Under the pieces are notes generated by a model. It searched no databases. It was given only the letters and a program-made list of their open reading frames with translations, and had not been told where the DNA came from. Below are positions 1 through 9,764 of a stretch of DNA of 64,000 bases, in pieces (the first letter of the stretch is position 1; the number at the start of each line of letters is the position of its first letter). A program made the translations under genes and the position numbers. Origin of the DNA: Alphaproteobacteria bacterium (GTDB lineage: Bacteria > Pseudomonadota > Alphaproteobacteria > UBA828); the NCBI GenBank assembly GCA_965220745.1, contig CBDCQT010000011.1, positions 1-64,000 of the forward strand, in the 5' to 3' direction.

Positions 1-204
1 CAAGAGGGCGTGGAAGTGCGCGTCGATCAGCCCCGGCATCAGCGTGCGGCCGCCGCAGGCCACGCGCTCCGTATCGGCCGACACCCGCACCGCGCCGTCG
101 GCGACCTCCTTGATCCGGCCGTCCTCGACCACCACGGTCGCATTCTCGCGCGGCTCAGCCGAGACCCCGTCGAAGACTCGGCAGCCTTCAAAGACGATGG
201 TCAC
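1..204 (-). CDS. Metal-dependent amidohydrolase, N-terminal part (runs off the left edge)
   Basis: Manual minus-strand translation from GTG 204: MTIVFEGCRVFDGVSAEPRENATVVVEDGRIKEV...GGRTLMPGLIDAHFH, the typical beta-sandwich start plus PGLIDxHxH metal motif. Not in the ORF track. Confidence 0.85.
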   Translation of the reverse strand, partial: MTIVFEGCRVFDGVSAEPRENATVVVEDGRIKEVADGAVRVSADTERVACGGRTLMPGLIDAHFHALL

Positions 205-230
205 GGTGCTACCCCAGCCCAATCTACTGT

Positions 231-1994
231 CTACCAGGCGAGCCCGTAAGCCGGTCGCCGCGGGTCCGCCCCGCCCGAGAGCGTGCCCGTGTCGCCGTCC
301 TTGACCAGCACGCACATGGCTCCGGCGGGCCAGGCCCACTCGGGCCACCACTCGACCCCGTGGCCCCACGCGGCGAGGGTGTTGCCGGCCTCCTCGGAGA
401 TGCGCGCCTCCAGCATGAGCTTGCCCGGATGGTACTCGTGCGGCTCGAAGGAGTTGGGAAAGCTCATGGTTGCAAGGCGCGGCGCTTCCACCGCGGCCTG
501 CGGGTTCATGCCGTAGACCACGATGTTCACGAAGGTCTGCAGCATCGCCTGGATCTGAACGTCGCCGCCCGGCGTGCCGAAGGGCATGGCGAAGCCGTCG
601 TCACCCATGGCGAGCGCGGGGTTGGGGGTGAGCCGCGGCCGCTTGCCCGGTGCCACGCTCGACGTGTGCGCGGGATCGGCCCAGGACTGCGCGCCGCGCG
701 AGGAGGCGCAGAGCCCGGTGCCCGGGATCACCGGCGAATCGAAGGAGATATCGCTCGGCGTCGCCGAGAACACGTTGCCTTCGCTGTCGATGGTGCAGAC
801 GTAGGAGGTATCGTGCGCGGCCTCGACCGGCCCCGCCGCGGCGGCGCCCACTGACGCCCGGCCCGCGTCCACCGCAACGCTAAGGGGATCACCCGCCGGA
901 GGCATCTCGGGCCACGCTTCGCCGGGCCGGATGAGGGCGCGGCGCTGGGCACTGTAGTCATCGGAGAGCAGCGCCGCGGTCGGCACGTCGACGAAGCGCG
1001 GGTCGCCGATCCAGCGTTCGCGGTCGGCGAAGGCCAATTTCAGCGCTTCCGCCATCATGTGCAGCGCTTCCGGGCTGTTGTGGCCGTGCTCGGCCAGCGC
1101 CTTCGTGTCGAGTAGGCGGAGCGCCTGGAGCAGCGTCGGTCCTTGGCACCAGGGGCCGCAGGCATAGACATCGATGCCCTCGACCGTAACCCGCTCGGGC
1201 GGCTCCACCCCTACCCTGAACGAGGCGAGGTCGTCCGCCGTGAGCAGGCCGCCGTTCTCCCGGTGGTAGTTCACGATGGCCGCGGCGATTTCCCCCCGGT
1301 AGAAGGCCGCGCGGGCGGCGTCGAGGCCGGCGGCGCGGTCGCCGCCGGCAGCGCGCTCCTCGTCAGCCATGTACTGGAGCGAGCGCCCGAGGTCGGCCTG
1401 CACGAAGAGATCGCCCACGGCAGGCGGGCGACCGCCAGGCAGGTAGATTTCAGCGTTCGACGGCCAGCGGCCGTAGGCCTCGACCTTCTTGCCGATGACG
1501 CTCGCCATCAGCGGGTACATCACGAAACCGTCCCGCGCGAGCCGGATCGAGGCCTCCGCCACCTCGCCGAAGGTCATGGTGCCGTGGCGTTCGAGCGCGG
1601 TGATCCAGGCGTCCGGCGCGCTCGGCACCACCGTGCGCAGCGGGCCCACCGGGATATGCCCGTCGTGCTCGCGCATGAAAAAATCGGGCGTGACCGCCGC
1701 CGGCCAGGTGCCGAGGCCGCTGATGGTCTCCACCTGCCCGGTCTTCGCGCTGTATAGGATGATCGGCGCGACGCCCGCGACATTGACGAGATCGCTGTGC
1801 ACTACGCCCAAAGCGATGCCCGCGGCGACACCCGCATCGATGGCGTTGCCGCCAGCCTCCAGAATGGCGAAGCCCGCTTCCGCGGCGAGGTAGTGCCCGG
1901 CGACGATCGCGTGCTTGTGGCCGCGGATCACCGGCCTGAGTGCGTCGATCGCCTCCGGATCGAACAGCGCGTACTCGCTTCTGCGTTCGCTCAT
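231..1994 (-). CDS. ggt: Gamma-glutamyltransferase family (Ntn hydrolase)
   Basis: GGNAIDAGVAA N-terminal motif; autocleavage Thr in HDTSYV; PGKRPR and FGTPGGD(V)Q motifs; C-terminal GGADPRR. Confidence 0.9.
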   Translation of the reverse strand: MSERRSEYALFDPEAIDALRPVIRGHKHAIVAGHYLAAEAGFAILEAGGNAIDAGVAAGIALGVVHSDLVNVAGVAPIILYSAKTGQVETISGLGTWPAAVTPDFFMREHDGHIPVGPLRTVVPSAPDAWITALERHGTMTFGEVAEASIRLARDGFVMYPLMASVIGKKVEAYGRWPSNAEIYLPGGRPPAVGDLFVQADLGRSLQYMADEERAAGGDRAAGLDAARAAFYRGEIAAAIVNYHRENGGLLTADDLASFRVGVEPPERVTVEGIDVYACGPWCQGPTLLQALRLLDTKALAEHGHNSPEALHMMAEALKLAFADRERWIGDPRFVDVPTAALLSDDYSAQRRALIRPGEAWPEMPPAGDPLSVAVDAGRASVGAAAAGPVEAAHDTSYVCTIDSEGNVFSATPSDISFDSPVIPGTGLCASSRGAQSWADPAHTSSVAPGKRPRLTPNPALAMGDDGFAMPFGTPGGDVQIQAMLQTFVNIVVYGMNPQAAVEAPRLATMSFPNSFEPHEYHPGKLMLEARISEEAGNTLAAWGHGVEWWPEWAWPAGAMCVLVKDGDTGTLSGGADPRRPAYGLAW

Positions 1995-1996
1995 GG

Positions 1997-3259
1997 CTAC
2001 TCCCGGTTGGCCAGATCAACGAGGCATGCCGCGAGGGTCTGGGCGCCGGCGGCGAGGTCGGCCGGAGTCGCGTTCTCCGCCTCGTTGTGGCTCACGCCCC
2101 GCTCGCAGGGCACGAAGATCATGCCGGTGGGGCAGAGGTGGTTGATGTGGCCCGCATCGTGGCCCGCACCGGAGGGCATCCGCATGACCGGATGACCAAG
2201 AGTCTCGGCGTAGCGCTCCACCATGTCGATCAGCGTTGGATCGAACACGAGGGGTGCATGCTCCATGATTGACCGGACCGAGACCGTGCAGCCCCTGGCG
2301 TGCGCCTCGCAGGTGGGCGCGACCTGCGCGCTGATGCGAGCGATCAGGTCCGGGTCGGGATGGCGGAAATCGATGGTGAAGTACGCGCGGCCCGGCACCG
2401 TAGCGGGCGAGCCGGGGTGACACTCGAAGCGGCCCACGGTAAAGCGCACCGTGTCCGTCTCGTCGGCCATCAGCTCTTCCAGCGCGGTCACCATGGCGAC
2501 CGCCGCCTTGAGCGCGTCCCTGCGCACCCGGAGCGGGGTGGTGCCCGCGTGCGCCTCGGCACCACTCACCTCCACAGTGAACCAGCGGATACCCTGGATC
2601 CCGGTCACTGCGCCGATGGTCAGGCCTTCGTTTTCGAGACGCGGCCCTTGCTCGATATGGGCCTCGACATAGGCCGCGAAGGGATGGCCGAAGGGGCGGT
2701 GCGGCAGCCCTGGCGTGGACGCGAGCGTGTCGGCCAGCGCGTCTTCGAGCGTCACCCCTTCGCGGTCCGCAAGGCCGAGCTGCTCCTCCAGCCCCATCAC
2801 GCCGGCGAACACCGCTGAGCCCATGGCGCCGGGCTGGAAGCGCCCGCCCTCCTCGTTGGTCCAGGCGACCAGATCGATGGGCCGCGCGGTCTCGATCCCG
2901 GCCTGCGCGATGGCCTCCAGCGCCTCGAAGCCGCCGATCACGCCATAGGAGCCGTCGAACTTGCCGCCCCGCGGCTGGCTGTCGAGGTGGCTCCCGGTGA
3001 CCACGGGCGTCGAGTCCGCCTGCCGGCCCGGCCGCCGGATGTAGAGGTTGGCGATGTCGTCGGTCGCGACCTCGAAGCCGAGATCGCCGGCCCATTCCAC
3101 CATCAGCTTGCGGGCGCGCCTGTCCTCGTCGGAGAGTGCGGCGCGGTTGACCCCGCCGCGCTCGGTCGCGCCGATCTCCGCCATCGCCATCTGGCGGGAC
3201 CAGAGCCTGGCTTCGTCCACCGCTGCCGCAGCGGCTAGCGCCTCGGCCCTTGCATCCAT
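1997..3259 (-). CDS. M20 family Zn-dependent hydrolase (allantoate amidohydrolase / N-carbamoylase / beta-ureidopropionase type)
   Basis: GSHLDSQPRGGKFDG, NEEGGRF, EAHIEQGP, HAGTTP, SGAGHDA, SHNEAE motifs; GGAGGT RBS before ATG 3259. Confidence 0.9.
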   Translation of the reverse strand: MDARAEALAAAAAVDEARLWSRQMAMAEIGATERGGVNRAALSDEDRRARKLMVEWAGDLGFEVATDDIANLYIRRPGRQADSTPVVTGSHLDSQPRGGKFDGSYGVIGGFEALEAIAQAGIETARPIDLVAWTNEEGGRFQPGAMGSAVFAGVMGLEEQLGLADREGVTLEDALADTLASTPGLPHRPFGHPFAAYVEAHIEQGPRLENEGLTIGAVTGIQGIRWFTVEVSGAEAHAGTTPLRVRRDALKAAVAMVTALEELMADETDTVRFTVGRFECHPGSPATVPGRAYFTIDFRHPDPDLIARISAQVAPTCEAHARGCTVSVRSIMEHAPLVFDPTLIDMVERYAETLGHPVMRMPSGAGHDAGHINHLCPTGMIFVPCERGVSHNEAENATPADLAAGAQTLAACLVDLANRE

Positions 3260-3326
3260 CGCCCACCTCCCGCCGCGCACCGTAGAACACAGCGCAGTGC
3301 AAGCAAAGCTGGGGCGGCCCGCGCTC

Positions 3327-3992
3327 TCACCCCCGCTTACGGCAGATGGTGAGGCCGTCGCCGATGGGCAGCATGACCATGGTCACCCGCTCGTCGCCCT
3401 TGATCATCTTGTTCAAGGCATCGACCACGGCACCCGACTCCTGCCAGCGGTCGGGCTCCGCGATCCGGCCCATGTAGAACGTGTTGTCGAGCAGGATCAG
3501 GCCGCCGGGACGCACGAGGGCGAGGCAGTGCTCATAGTAGATGTCGTAGCCAGACTTGTCGGCGTCGATGAAGGCGAAATCGTAAGCACCCTCAAGTCCC
3601 TCGTCACGCAGCGCCGCGAGGCTCTCTCGCGCATCGCCCAAGCGAAGCTCGATCCGCTCCGCGAGCCCTGCCTCGGCCCAGAAGCGCCGCGCCGTCTCGG
3701 TATAGTCCGCGCTGATGTCGAGCGCGGTGAGCCGGCCGTCGGCGCCCATGGCGTCCGCCACGACCAGCGCGCTGTAGCCGGTGAAGACGCCGATCTCGAG
3801 CGCACGCGTGGCCCCGATCGACTGCGCCAGCAGCGCCATCAGCGCACCCTGCTCGGGCGAGATCTGCATTCGCCCCATTTCGTGGCGAGCGGTTTCCTCG
3901 CGCAGGCGACGCATCACTTCGCTTTCGCGCAACCCGTGGGCCAGCAGATAGTCGTGCAGCGCGTCTGTGAGCGTGGTCGTTCTGGCAGACAT
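3327..3992 (-). CDS. SAM-dependent O-methyltransferase (caffeoyl-CoA OMT / COMT-like family)
   Basis: MQISPEQG, LEIGVFTGYS, YDFAFIDADK, LLDN, PIGDGL motifs. Confidence 0.9.
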   Translation of the reverse strand: MSARTTTLTDALHDYLLAHGLRESEVMRRLREETARHEMGRMQISPEQGALMALLAQSIGATRALEIGVFTGYSALVVADAMGADGRLTALDISADYTETARRFWAEAGLAERIELRLGDARESLAALRDEGLEGAYDFAFIDADKSGYDIYYEHCLALVRPGGLILLDNTFYMGRIAEPDRWQESGAVVDALNKMIKGDERVTMVMLPIGDGLTICRKRG

Positions 3993-4060
3993 GGCCTCTC
4001 CTGCAGGCGGCGGGCGCGCCGGTCATAGCACGCCGCAACACTGTGTACGACGGAGGGACG

Positions 4061-5056
4061 CTACCGCGCGGCGCGCCAGACCAGGCCCAGCGCCTCGATC
4101 ACGTCGAGGGTGCGCGCGACGTAATGGTCGCGTACGGTGAAGCGGCTGTCGCCCTGCCCTGTCAGCTCGCGTTCCAGGCAGTCGATCAGGCGCCTGAGGC
4201 GGCGCTGGTGCAGGCCCAGCCCACGCTGGATCGGGTCGGTGACCACGCCCGAGAACGCGGCGATCACCGCACCTGCCGCCAGGAGGCCGCCGGTGAGACC
4301 GATGCTGAGCGCGGCCGGCGCCGAGGCAGGGAAGACGCCGTACCAGAGCGCCCCGGCCCCACTGCCCAGCGGGAAGCCCGCAATCGCCGCATGCTGCACC
4401 AGCATCTGCGCGGTCGCCGGGCCGAGCGACAGCATCCCCGGTGTGAGCTTCTCGAAGGCCAGCGCGCCGACGCTGGCGCTCACTGCCGCGGTAGTCAGGT
4501 CAGCCGCCGAAACCCGCGTCCCCTCATAGGTGCTTACGGCGCCGGCGAGCCAGGCGCGGAACGCCTCCTGCTCAGCCTGCGATTGCAGAGCATCTTCGCT
4601 GCCCGGTGCGATGCGGGGGTCGCGCAGGATCTCCTCCGCCAGCGCATCGCGTTCCGACACGCGCTCGCCCTGTCGGATGGGGAGCTCCAGAAGCTCGGTG
4701 AAGAGCCGCCACTCGAGCTCCCGCGCGACATCGGTCTGGAGGAAGTAGCGTCGGCTATCGAGCCAGTCGGCCGCCGGCTCGAGGCCAACGCGCCGCGCGA
4801 GCCCGGCGCTGACCCGCGCCGCGAGGTGGGGGGCGGAGAGGGCCAGGTTGGCAGGCGAGCGCGCCAGGTCCCAGCCGACCGCCCGGCGGTGGAGCCGGAG
4901 GCTGCCCGAGAGCGAGAAGGTGCGGTCCACGAAGTTGTCGATCTTCGCCCGCCGCGCCGCGCAGTAACGCGCCGCGGCCTCCTCGACGATCAGGCGTGCG
5001 TGCGTGTCGCCGTCTTCCGCCGGCGCTGCGGCTGAGGCGGCGGGAGTCCCGCTCAT
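4061..5056 (-). CDS. Conserved hypothetical membrane-associated protein (DUF6635-like)
   Basis: 331-aa ORF with coding-like composition, in-operon between amidase and OMT; hydrophobic C-terminal segments and DPIQRGLGLHQRRLRRLID motif; family recalled, not verified. Confidence 0.6.
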   Translation of the reverse strand: MSGTPAASAAAPAEDGDTHARLIVEEAAARYCAARRAKIDNFVDRTFSLSGSLRLHRRAVGWDLARSPANLALSAPHLAARVSAGLARRVGLEPAADWLDSRRYFLQTDVARELEWRLFTELLELPIRQGERVSERDALAEEILRDPRIAPGSEDALQSQAEQEAFRAWLAGAVSTYEGTRVSAADLTTAAVSASVGALAFEKLTPGMLSLGPATAQMLVQHAAIAGFPLGSGAGALWYGVFPASAPAALSIGLTGGLLAAGAVIAAFSGVVTDPIQRGLGLHQRRLRRLIDCLERELTGQGDSRFTVRDHYVARTLDVIEALGLVWRAAR

Positions 5057-5062
5057 GGGCCC

Positions 5063-6454
5063 CTATGTGGCGCCTGCGCCGCCCTCGTCAAGGCAGGGGG
5101 CGCGGCGGAGGTGCCAGTCCGTCGCCTGCTGATAGGCGTGGCCGACCCGGAACAGCAGCGGCTCCGCCCCCCAGGCGGCCTCCAGCATCATGCCGATGGG
5201 CAGACCGTCCGAGGAGAAGCCGCAAGGGACCGAGAGACCCGGAATGGACGCGAGCGCCCCGCCGTAGGTGAAGCGCGTCGCGTCCTGGGTCGCGCGGTGG
5301 AGGCTGCGGTCGTCGGCGATGGGCGGCGCCGGCCGGGGCGTGGTCGGCGCCAGCAGCACGTCCACGGTCTCGAACACCTGCGCCAGGGCGCGGCGCCACG
5401 CCTCGCGCCCGCGCATGGCCTCGGCATAGTCCACGGCGCTGAACTCGCGGCCCATGATCATGCGCTCGTAGACCGGCTCGGAGAGCGCGCCGGGGCCGGC
5501 ATCGAGCCGTTCCCTGTGGTAGGCGCAGGCATCGGCGTAGGCCATGATCGTGGTCCAGCGCTGGGCTGTCTCGGCGCCGGGCAGGGTCGCGTCGATCAGG
5601 CGTGCGCCCAGGGATTCCAGGGTGCGGGCGGCCGTCCGGACCGCGGTTTCGACCTCCGCGTCGATCCCTTCGAAAAAGAAGTTGCGCGCGAGCCCCACGC
5701 GCACGCCCTCGATCCCGTCGTCGAGCCGGGGCAGGAAGTTGTCGAGCGGCATGTCCCGCGAAACCGGGTCGAGCGGGTCGTAAGCCGCGAGCGCTGCGAA
5801 GAGGCGCGCGACATCCGCCACGGTGCGCGCCATAGGTCCGACGGTATCGTGCGCGACGCTGACAGGCGTGATGCCGCGGATCGAGATGCGTCCATGGGTG
5901 GGGCGCAGGCCCGCGACGCCGGTCATCGAGGCTGGAATTCGCACCGAGCCGCCGGTGTCGGTGCCGAGCGAGGCCTCGGCCATCTCAGCCGCGACGACGG
6001 CGCCGGAGCCGCCACTGGAACCTCCCGGTATGCGCGTCGGGTTCCACGGGTTGCGGCATTGGCCGACCACCGGGTTGGTCGAGACCACGCCCCAAGCCAG
6101 CTCCTGCATGTTGGCCTTGCCGATCAGCACGGCGCCCTGCGCCTTGAGCCGGCCGACCACCGGGGCATCGCTGTTGGGGATGTGGTCGGCGAGGTAGGCA
6201 GAGCCGCTGGTGGTGCGCACGCCTGCGGTCTCGATATTGTCCTTGAGCGCGATGGGCATGCCGTGCAGGAGGCCGAGCCAACGCCCCTCGGCGGCCGCCC
6301 GGTCGCAGGCGTCGGCTTCTTCCCGCGCCCGTTCCGCCGTGGTCGTGATCATGGCGTTGAGCGTGGGATCGAGCTGCTCGATCCGCCTAAGGCATCGCTC
6401 GACCGCCTCCCGCGCGGCGCCCGGCGCGGGCCGGTCGGGTATCCCCTCGCTCAT
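5063..6454 (-). CDS. Amidase signature family enzyme (GatA-like)
   Basis: LKDNI, PGGSSGGSG, GTDTGGSVRIPAS (Lys-cisSer-Ser triad). Confidence 0.9.
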   Translation of the reverse strand: MSEGIPDRPAPGAAREAVERCLRRIEQLDPTLNAMITTTAERAREEADACDRAAAEGRWLGLLHGMPIALKDNIETAGVRTTSGSAYLADHIPNSDAPVVGRLKAQGAVLIGKANMQELAWGVVSTNPVVGQCRNPWNPTRIPGGSSGGSGAVVAAEMAEASLGTDTGGSVRIPASMTGVAGLRPTHGRISIRGITPVSVAHDTVGPMARTVADVARLFAALAAYDPLDPVSRDMPLDNFLPRLDDGIEGVRVGLARNFFFEGIDAEVETAVRTAARTLESLGARLIDATLPGAETAQRWTTIMAYADACAYHRERLDAGPGALSEPVYERMIMGREFSAVDYAEAMRGREAWRRALAQVFETVDVLLAPTTPRPAPPIADDRSLHRATQDATRFTYGGALASIPGLSVPCGFSSDGLPIGMMLEAAWGAEPLLFRVGHAYQQATDWHLRRAPCLDEGGAGAT

Positions 6455-6493
6455 GCTCGGGCGCTGCCTCTCGCCCGCGCGTGTCGCCGGCCC

Positions 6494-7501
6494 CTACTCG
6501 TCGCCATAGATCGCGATGCTGCGGATGGCGTAGTCACCGCCGCTATTGACCAGCGACAGGCCGCCGAATGGATCTTCAAGAGCGCTGCTCTTCACCCGGA
6601 TAAGCTCCTCACCGTCGACGGATGCGGTCATGGTCCCGTCGCCGTCGCGCACCAGAGCGACCGCGTGGCTGCGGCCGTCCTCGAGGTTCAGATCGTCGCG
6701 GGATTCGCCGATCACCTCCGCGCCGCGACGGCTGAAGCGCGAGAGCATCAGCCCAGGATCGCTGCCAGGCAGGTATGAGAGGCGATAGCCTGAAGCGCCG
6801 GCTCTGCCCTGAAACAGGTCGATCTCGAACTGTGCGTCCTTGTGCGTGATGCCGGACATCAACTCCAGCTCGAGGGCGAAGGCGTTGGGAATGTCTGCAT
6901 CCAGGACGATCTCGGCAGGCTCCGGCCCGGCCGGCCCGGTGTCCTCCTTCTCCTCCTCGTCGTCATCGCCGCCCCAGAGGTCGTCGAGCTTCTTTTCGCC
7001 GCTCAGCAGGTCGCCGATCGTGTCCTTGCTCTTGTCAAAGAGCTCACCGCCCTTGTCGAGGAGTTCATCTCCCTTGTCCCGGATGGTGTCGAGGGTGAGT
7101 CTCATCGCCTCCGCGTCGGCCCCGCTAAGCGGAATCGTCGTGCGCAGGCCGAGCCTGCCGTCGACCGAGAAGTCGCCGCTCACCACCTCCCAGCGAGGAT
7201 CGTCCGTGTAATCACCATCGGAAAAGTCATCCCGTATCAGGGCCGTCCGCGGTCGGGAGTCGGCAACGTGCGTGGCGATCAGGTCCCGCAGGTCCTGGAG
7301 AAAACGCGGGTCGGCCGCCAGCGCATCTTCGGCCTGGTCGATCAGCGCCTCGAGCTCCCGCGCGAGCGCCTCGAGCGCGGCGGGGTCCGCGGCCTCGGCG
7401 CCCTCCGGTTGCCATTCCGAATAGCGCGACCCGTCATCAGCGGCGGCTGGCACGGCCATCGCACTGGCGAGAAGGACGGGGACGAGGAACCTGCGCAGCA
7501 T
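6494..7501 (-). CDS. Exported hypothetical protein with beta-rich (concanavalin/LamG-like) C-terminal domain
   Basis: Signal peptide MLRRFLVPVLLASAMAVPAAA; acidic; DDFSDGDY..PRW and DGRSHAVALVRDGDG beta-sandwich-like segments. Confidence 0.6.
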   Translation of the reverse strand: MLRRFLVPVLLASAMAVPAAADDGSRYSEWQPEGAEAADPAALEALARELEALIDQAEDALAADPRFLQDLRDLIATHVADSRPRTALIRDDFSDGDYTDDPRWEVVSGDFSVDGRLGLRTTIPLSGADAEAMRLTLDTIRDKGDELLDKGGELFDKSKDTIGDLLSGEKKLDDLWGGDDDEEEKEDTGPAGPEPAEIVLDADIPNAFALELELMSGITHKDAQFEIDLFQGRAGASGYRLSYLPGSDPGLMLSRFSRRGAEVIGESRDDLNLEDGRSHAVALVRDGDGTMTASVDGEELIRVKSSALEDPFGGLSLVNSGGDYAIRSIAIYGDE

Positions 7502-7678
7502 GGAACGCCTCCGGTCAGATTGCATGGCCTCGATGTTCCGTGGTCTAGCCCGGATTTCCTGGCGTTGTCGAGCGACTGCGCCACAAATTGATCCAAATTC
7601 TCGCATTTCTTGACTCGTTGTGCTTTCGACGACGAGCCGGAAGGCGCTATAGTTCAGTCACCAGTAGGGAGGCGTGAC

Positions 7679-8578
7679 ATGAGGATCTTCAAGAGAAGCA
7701 GGGTCTCTTCGACAGGGCTCCGCCTCGCCGCAGTGGTGGGGCTCGCGGCGGTGCTTGGCGCGTGCCACGGAATGGAGCTCGAAGGCGTCAAGGATCTCGA
7801 GCCCCAGGGATCGGAATTCAACCAACAGCTTTTCGCCGGCTACGTCGAGCTGTCGGCAAGAGAGCGCGCGGAGTACGACTTTCGGGATTCGGATCGCTTT
7901 GCACTGAGAGCGGCGGCGGCGGCGAGAGGCGATGACGTGAGGCCGACCGCCGTCGACGAGCGCCTGGTTGCAGCCGACAAGCAGGAAGAGCTCTCGAAGG
8001 CGAGAGGCAGACTCATGGCGGCGCTGTTTGGAAGCGCTAAAGGCAAGGCGCCCGCCATCGCCGCCAGCGCCCAGATCAGTTACGAATGCTGGTTGCAGGA
8101 GCAGGAGGAAGGGCACCAGCCCGACGACATCGCCGATTGCCGCAACGCCTTCTATGGCCAGGTGATCGCCGCCGAGGTCGCGATCCGGCCCGCGCCGCCG
8201 CCTCCACCCGAGCCCGAGCCTGAGCCGGAACCCGAGCCGGTCTATGCGACCTATTACGTGGTGTTCTTCGACTTCGATAGTTCGGAGCTGTCGAACGCCG
8301 CGAAGCAGACGCTGGACGAGGCTACCGAAGCGGCGCTGGCGATGCGGCCCTACAAGATCATCATTCGGGGCCATACCGACCGCGCGGGTCCGGACAAGTA
8401 CAACTTGGGTCTTTCCGAGAGGCGCGCTCTCTCGGTGGCGGGCTACATGATCGAACAGGGCGCAGGTCGCTTCGTGATCGATGCCGAAGGCCTCGGTGAA
8501 TCGGAGCCGATCGCCAAGACCGCGGACAACGTGCGTGACGGCCGCAACCGGCGGGTCGAGGTCACGCTGAGTGAGTGA
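7679..8578 (+). CDS. OmpA-family peptidoglycan-binding lipoprotein
   Basis: Lipobox LGAC; PPPPPEPEPEPEPEP linker; VFFDFDSSEL, GHTD, YNLGLSERRA, NRRVEV OmpA_C motifs; GGGAGG RBS. Confidence 0.9.
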   Translation: MRIFKRSRVSSTGLRLAAVVGLAAVLGACHGMELEGVKDLEPQGSEFNQQLFAGYVELSARERAEYDFRDSDRFALRAAAAARGDDVRPTAVDERLVAADKQEELSKARGRLMAALFGSAKGKAPAIAASAQISYECWLQEQEEGHQPDDIADCRNAFYGQVIAAEVAIRPAPPPPPEPEPEPEPEPVYATYYVVFFDFDSSELSNAAKQTLDEATEAALAMRPYKIIIRGHTDRAGPDKYNLGLSERRALSVAGYMIEQGAGRFVIDAEGLGESEPIAKTADNVRDGRNRRVEVTLSE

Positions 8579-8603
8579 TGGCGACGAGAGGCCGTAGAGG
8601 TCT

Positions 8604-9626
8604 CTATTCGTCGTAGTGGTAAGTGCGGGCGACCATTCTCTCCGAGTGGTCGCCCGCCTTTATGGACGCATAGCGCCACGGATTCTCCGGGCCGACGCAG
8701 CTCGGGATCGCCTCAACCTCCACGTCGTAATCGACGCCGAAGAACTGCACCAGGGAGTAGCGCCTGCTGCCTGAGGTGTTGATGACCCTGTGCATGGTCG
8801 AGACGAACGTGTCGTTGGTCCATTGCTGCATGAGATCGCCCAGATTGACGGCGAAGCTGCCGTCCACCGGCGGTACGATCAGCCACTCGCCCTCCGGGTT
8901 CAGAATTTGCAGACCTTCCCGGTCCTGCCAGACGGTGGTGAAGCACTCGTAGTCGGTGTGCGCGCCGAGCCCAATATGGGCGATGTCGAGGGGCTCCGGC
9001 TGCGGCTCGTAGTAGCAGACGCGGAGCCGGGCCAGCGGCTTGGTGTACTTGGCGGTGAAGTAGCCCTCCTCCACATCCAGCGCGTATTCGAACGCGCGGA
9101 AGATCTGTCGGCCTAGCTCGAGCTGACAGTCGAAATACGTACCGAGCGCCCAACGAAAATCAGCCGGTTCCGCCGGCCAGTTGTTGGGGCCGTAGAAGCG
9201 GATGCCGCGCACGTGGTCGGGATCGTCCGCCGGCAGGTCGTGCGCCATCTCGATGGCCTCCGAGATGTCGCTTGAGCCTTCGAGGCTGTGGTCGGCCGTG
9301 ATTCCGCCCGCCGGCACGTAGCCCCGGTGATTGGGCCAGTCGAGGTAGTGGTTGCGCATCTTCCGCTCGACCGGGAGCGCGAAGAAGCGCTGCATGGCGG
9401 CCTGGGCCCGCGCGATCACCGCTTGCGGGAACTGATGGTTGACGATGTAGAAGAACCCCGGACCCGCACAGGCGGTGTGGATCGCCCGCGCCACGGCCTT
9501 GCGCTCGGCCAGGCTCGGCGAATAGAGCGCGCCGAAGTCCACGATGGGCACCTCTGCAAGCGAGGCGCGCCGCACCGCCGGCGCGTGCATGCCCTCCCTG
9601 ATCTGAAACGGTGTTTCGGTGGCCAT
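8604..9626 (-). CDS. 2-oxoglutarate/Fe(II) oxygenase (isopenicillin N synthase / DIOX family)
   Basis: GFFYIVNH, HTD...H facial triad (AHTDY, STMHRV), RYS 2OG-binding motif. Confidence 0.9.
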   Translation of the reverse strand: MATETPFQIREGMHAPAVRRASLAEVPIVDFGALYSPSLAERKAVARAIHTACAGPGFFYIVNHQFPQAVIARAQAAMQRFFALPVERKMRNHYLDWPNHRGYVPAGGITADHSLEGSSDISEAIEMAHDLPADDPDHVRGIRFYGPNNWPAEPADFRWALGTYFDCQLELGRQIFRAFEYALDVEEGYFTAKYTKPLARLRVCYYEPQPEPLDIAHIGLGAHTDYECFTTVWQDREGLQILNPEGEWLIVPPVDGSFAVNLGDLMQQWTNDTFVSTMHRVINTSGSRRYSLVQFFGVDYDVEVEAIPSCVGPENPWRYASIKAGDHSERMVARTYHYDE

Positions 9627-9764
9627 GGTGCGTCCCCCGCCGCTCTTCATTTCTGGCATGATAGTGTGAACCGGCTGTTCACGACGGCGTGCCTATAGCG
9701 CAATTTGCCCGCCGATGCCTCATCCGCCGAACGGCGACACCATCATCGCTATTGGGAGACGAAC

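Noticed and set aside
8190-8240. CCCGAG-type short tandem repeat
   Set aside because: It encodes the Pro-Glu linker of the OmpA protein, an ordinary coding repeat with synonymous variation.
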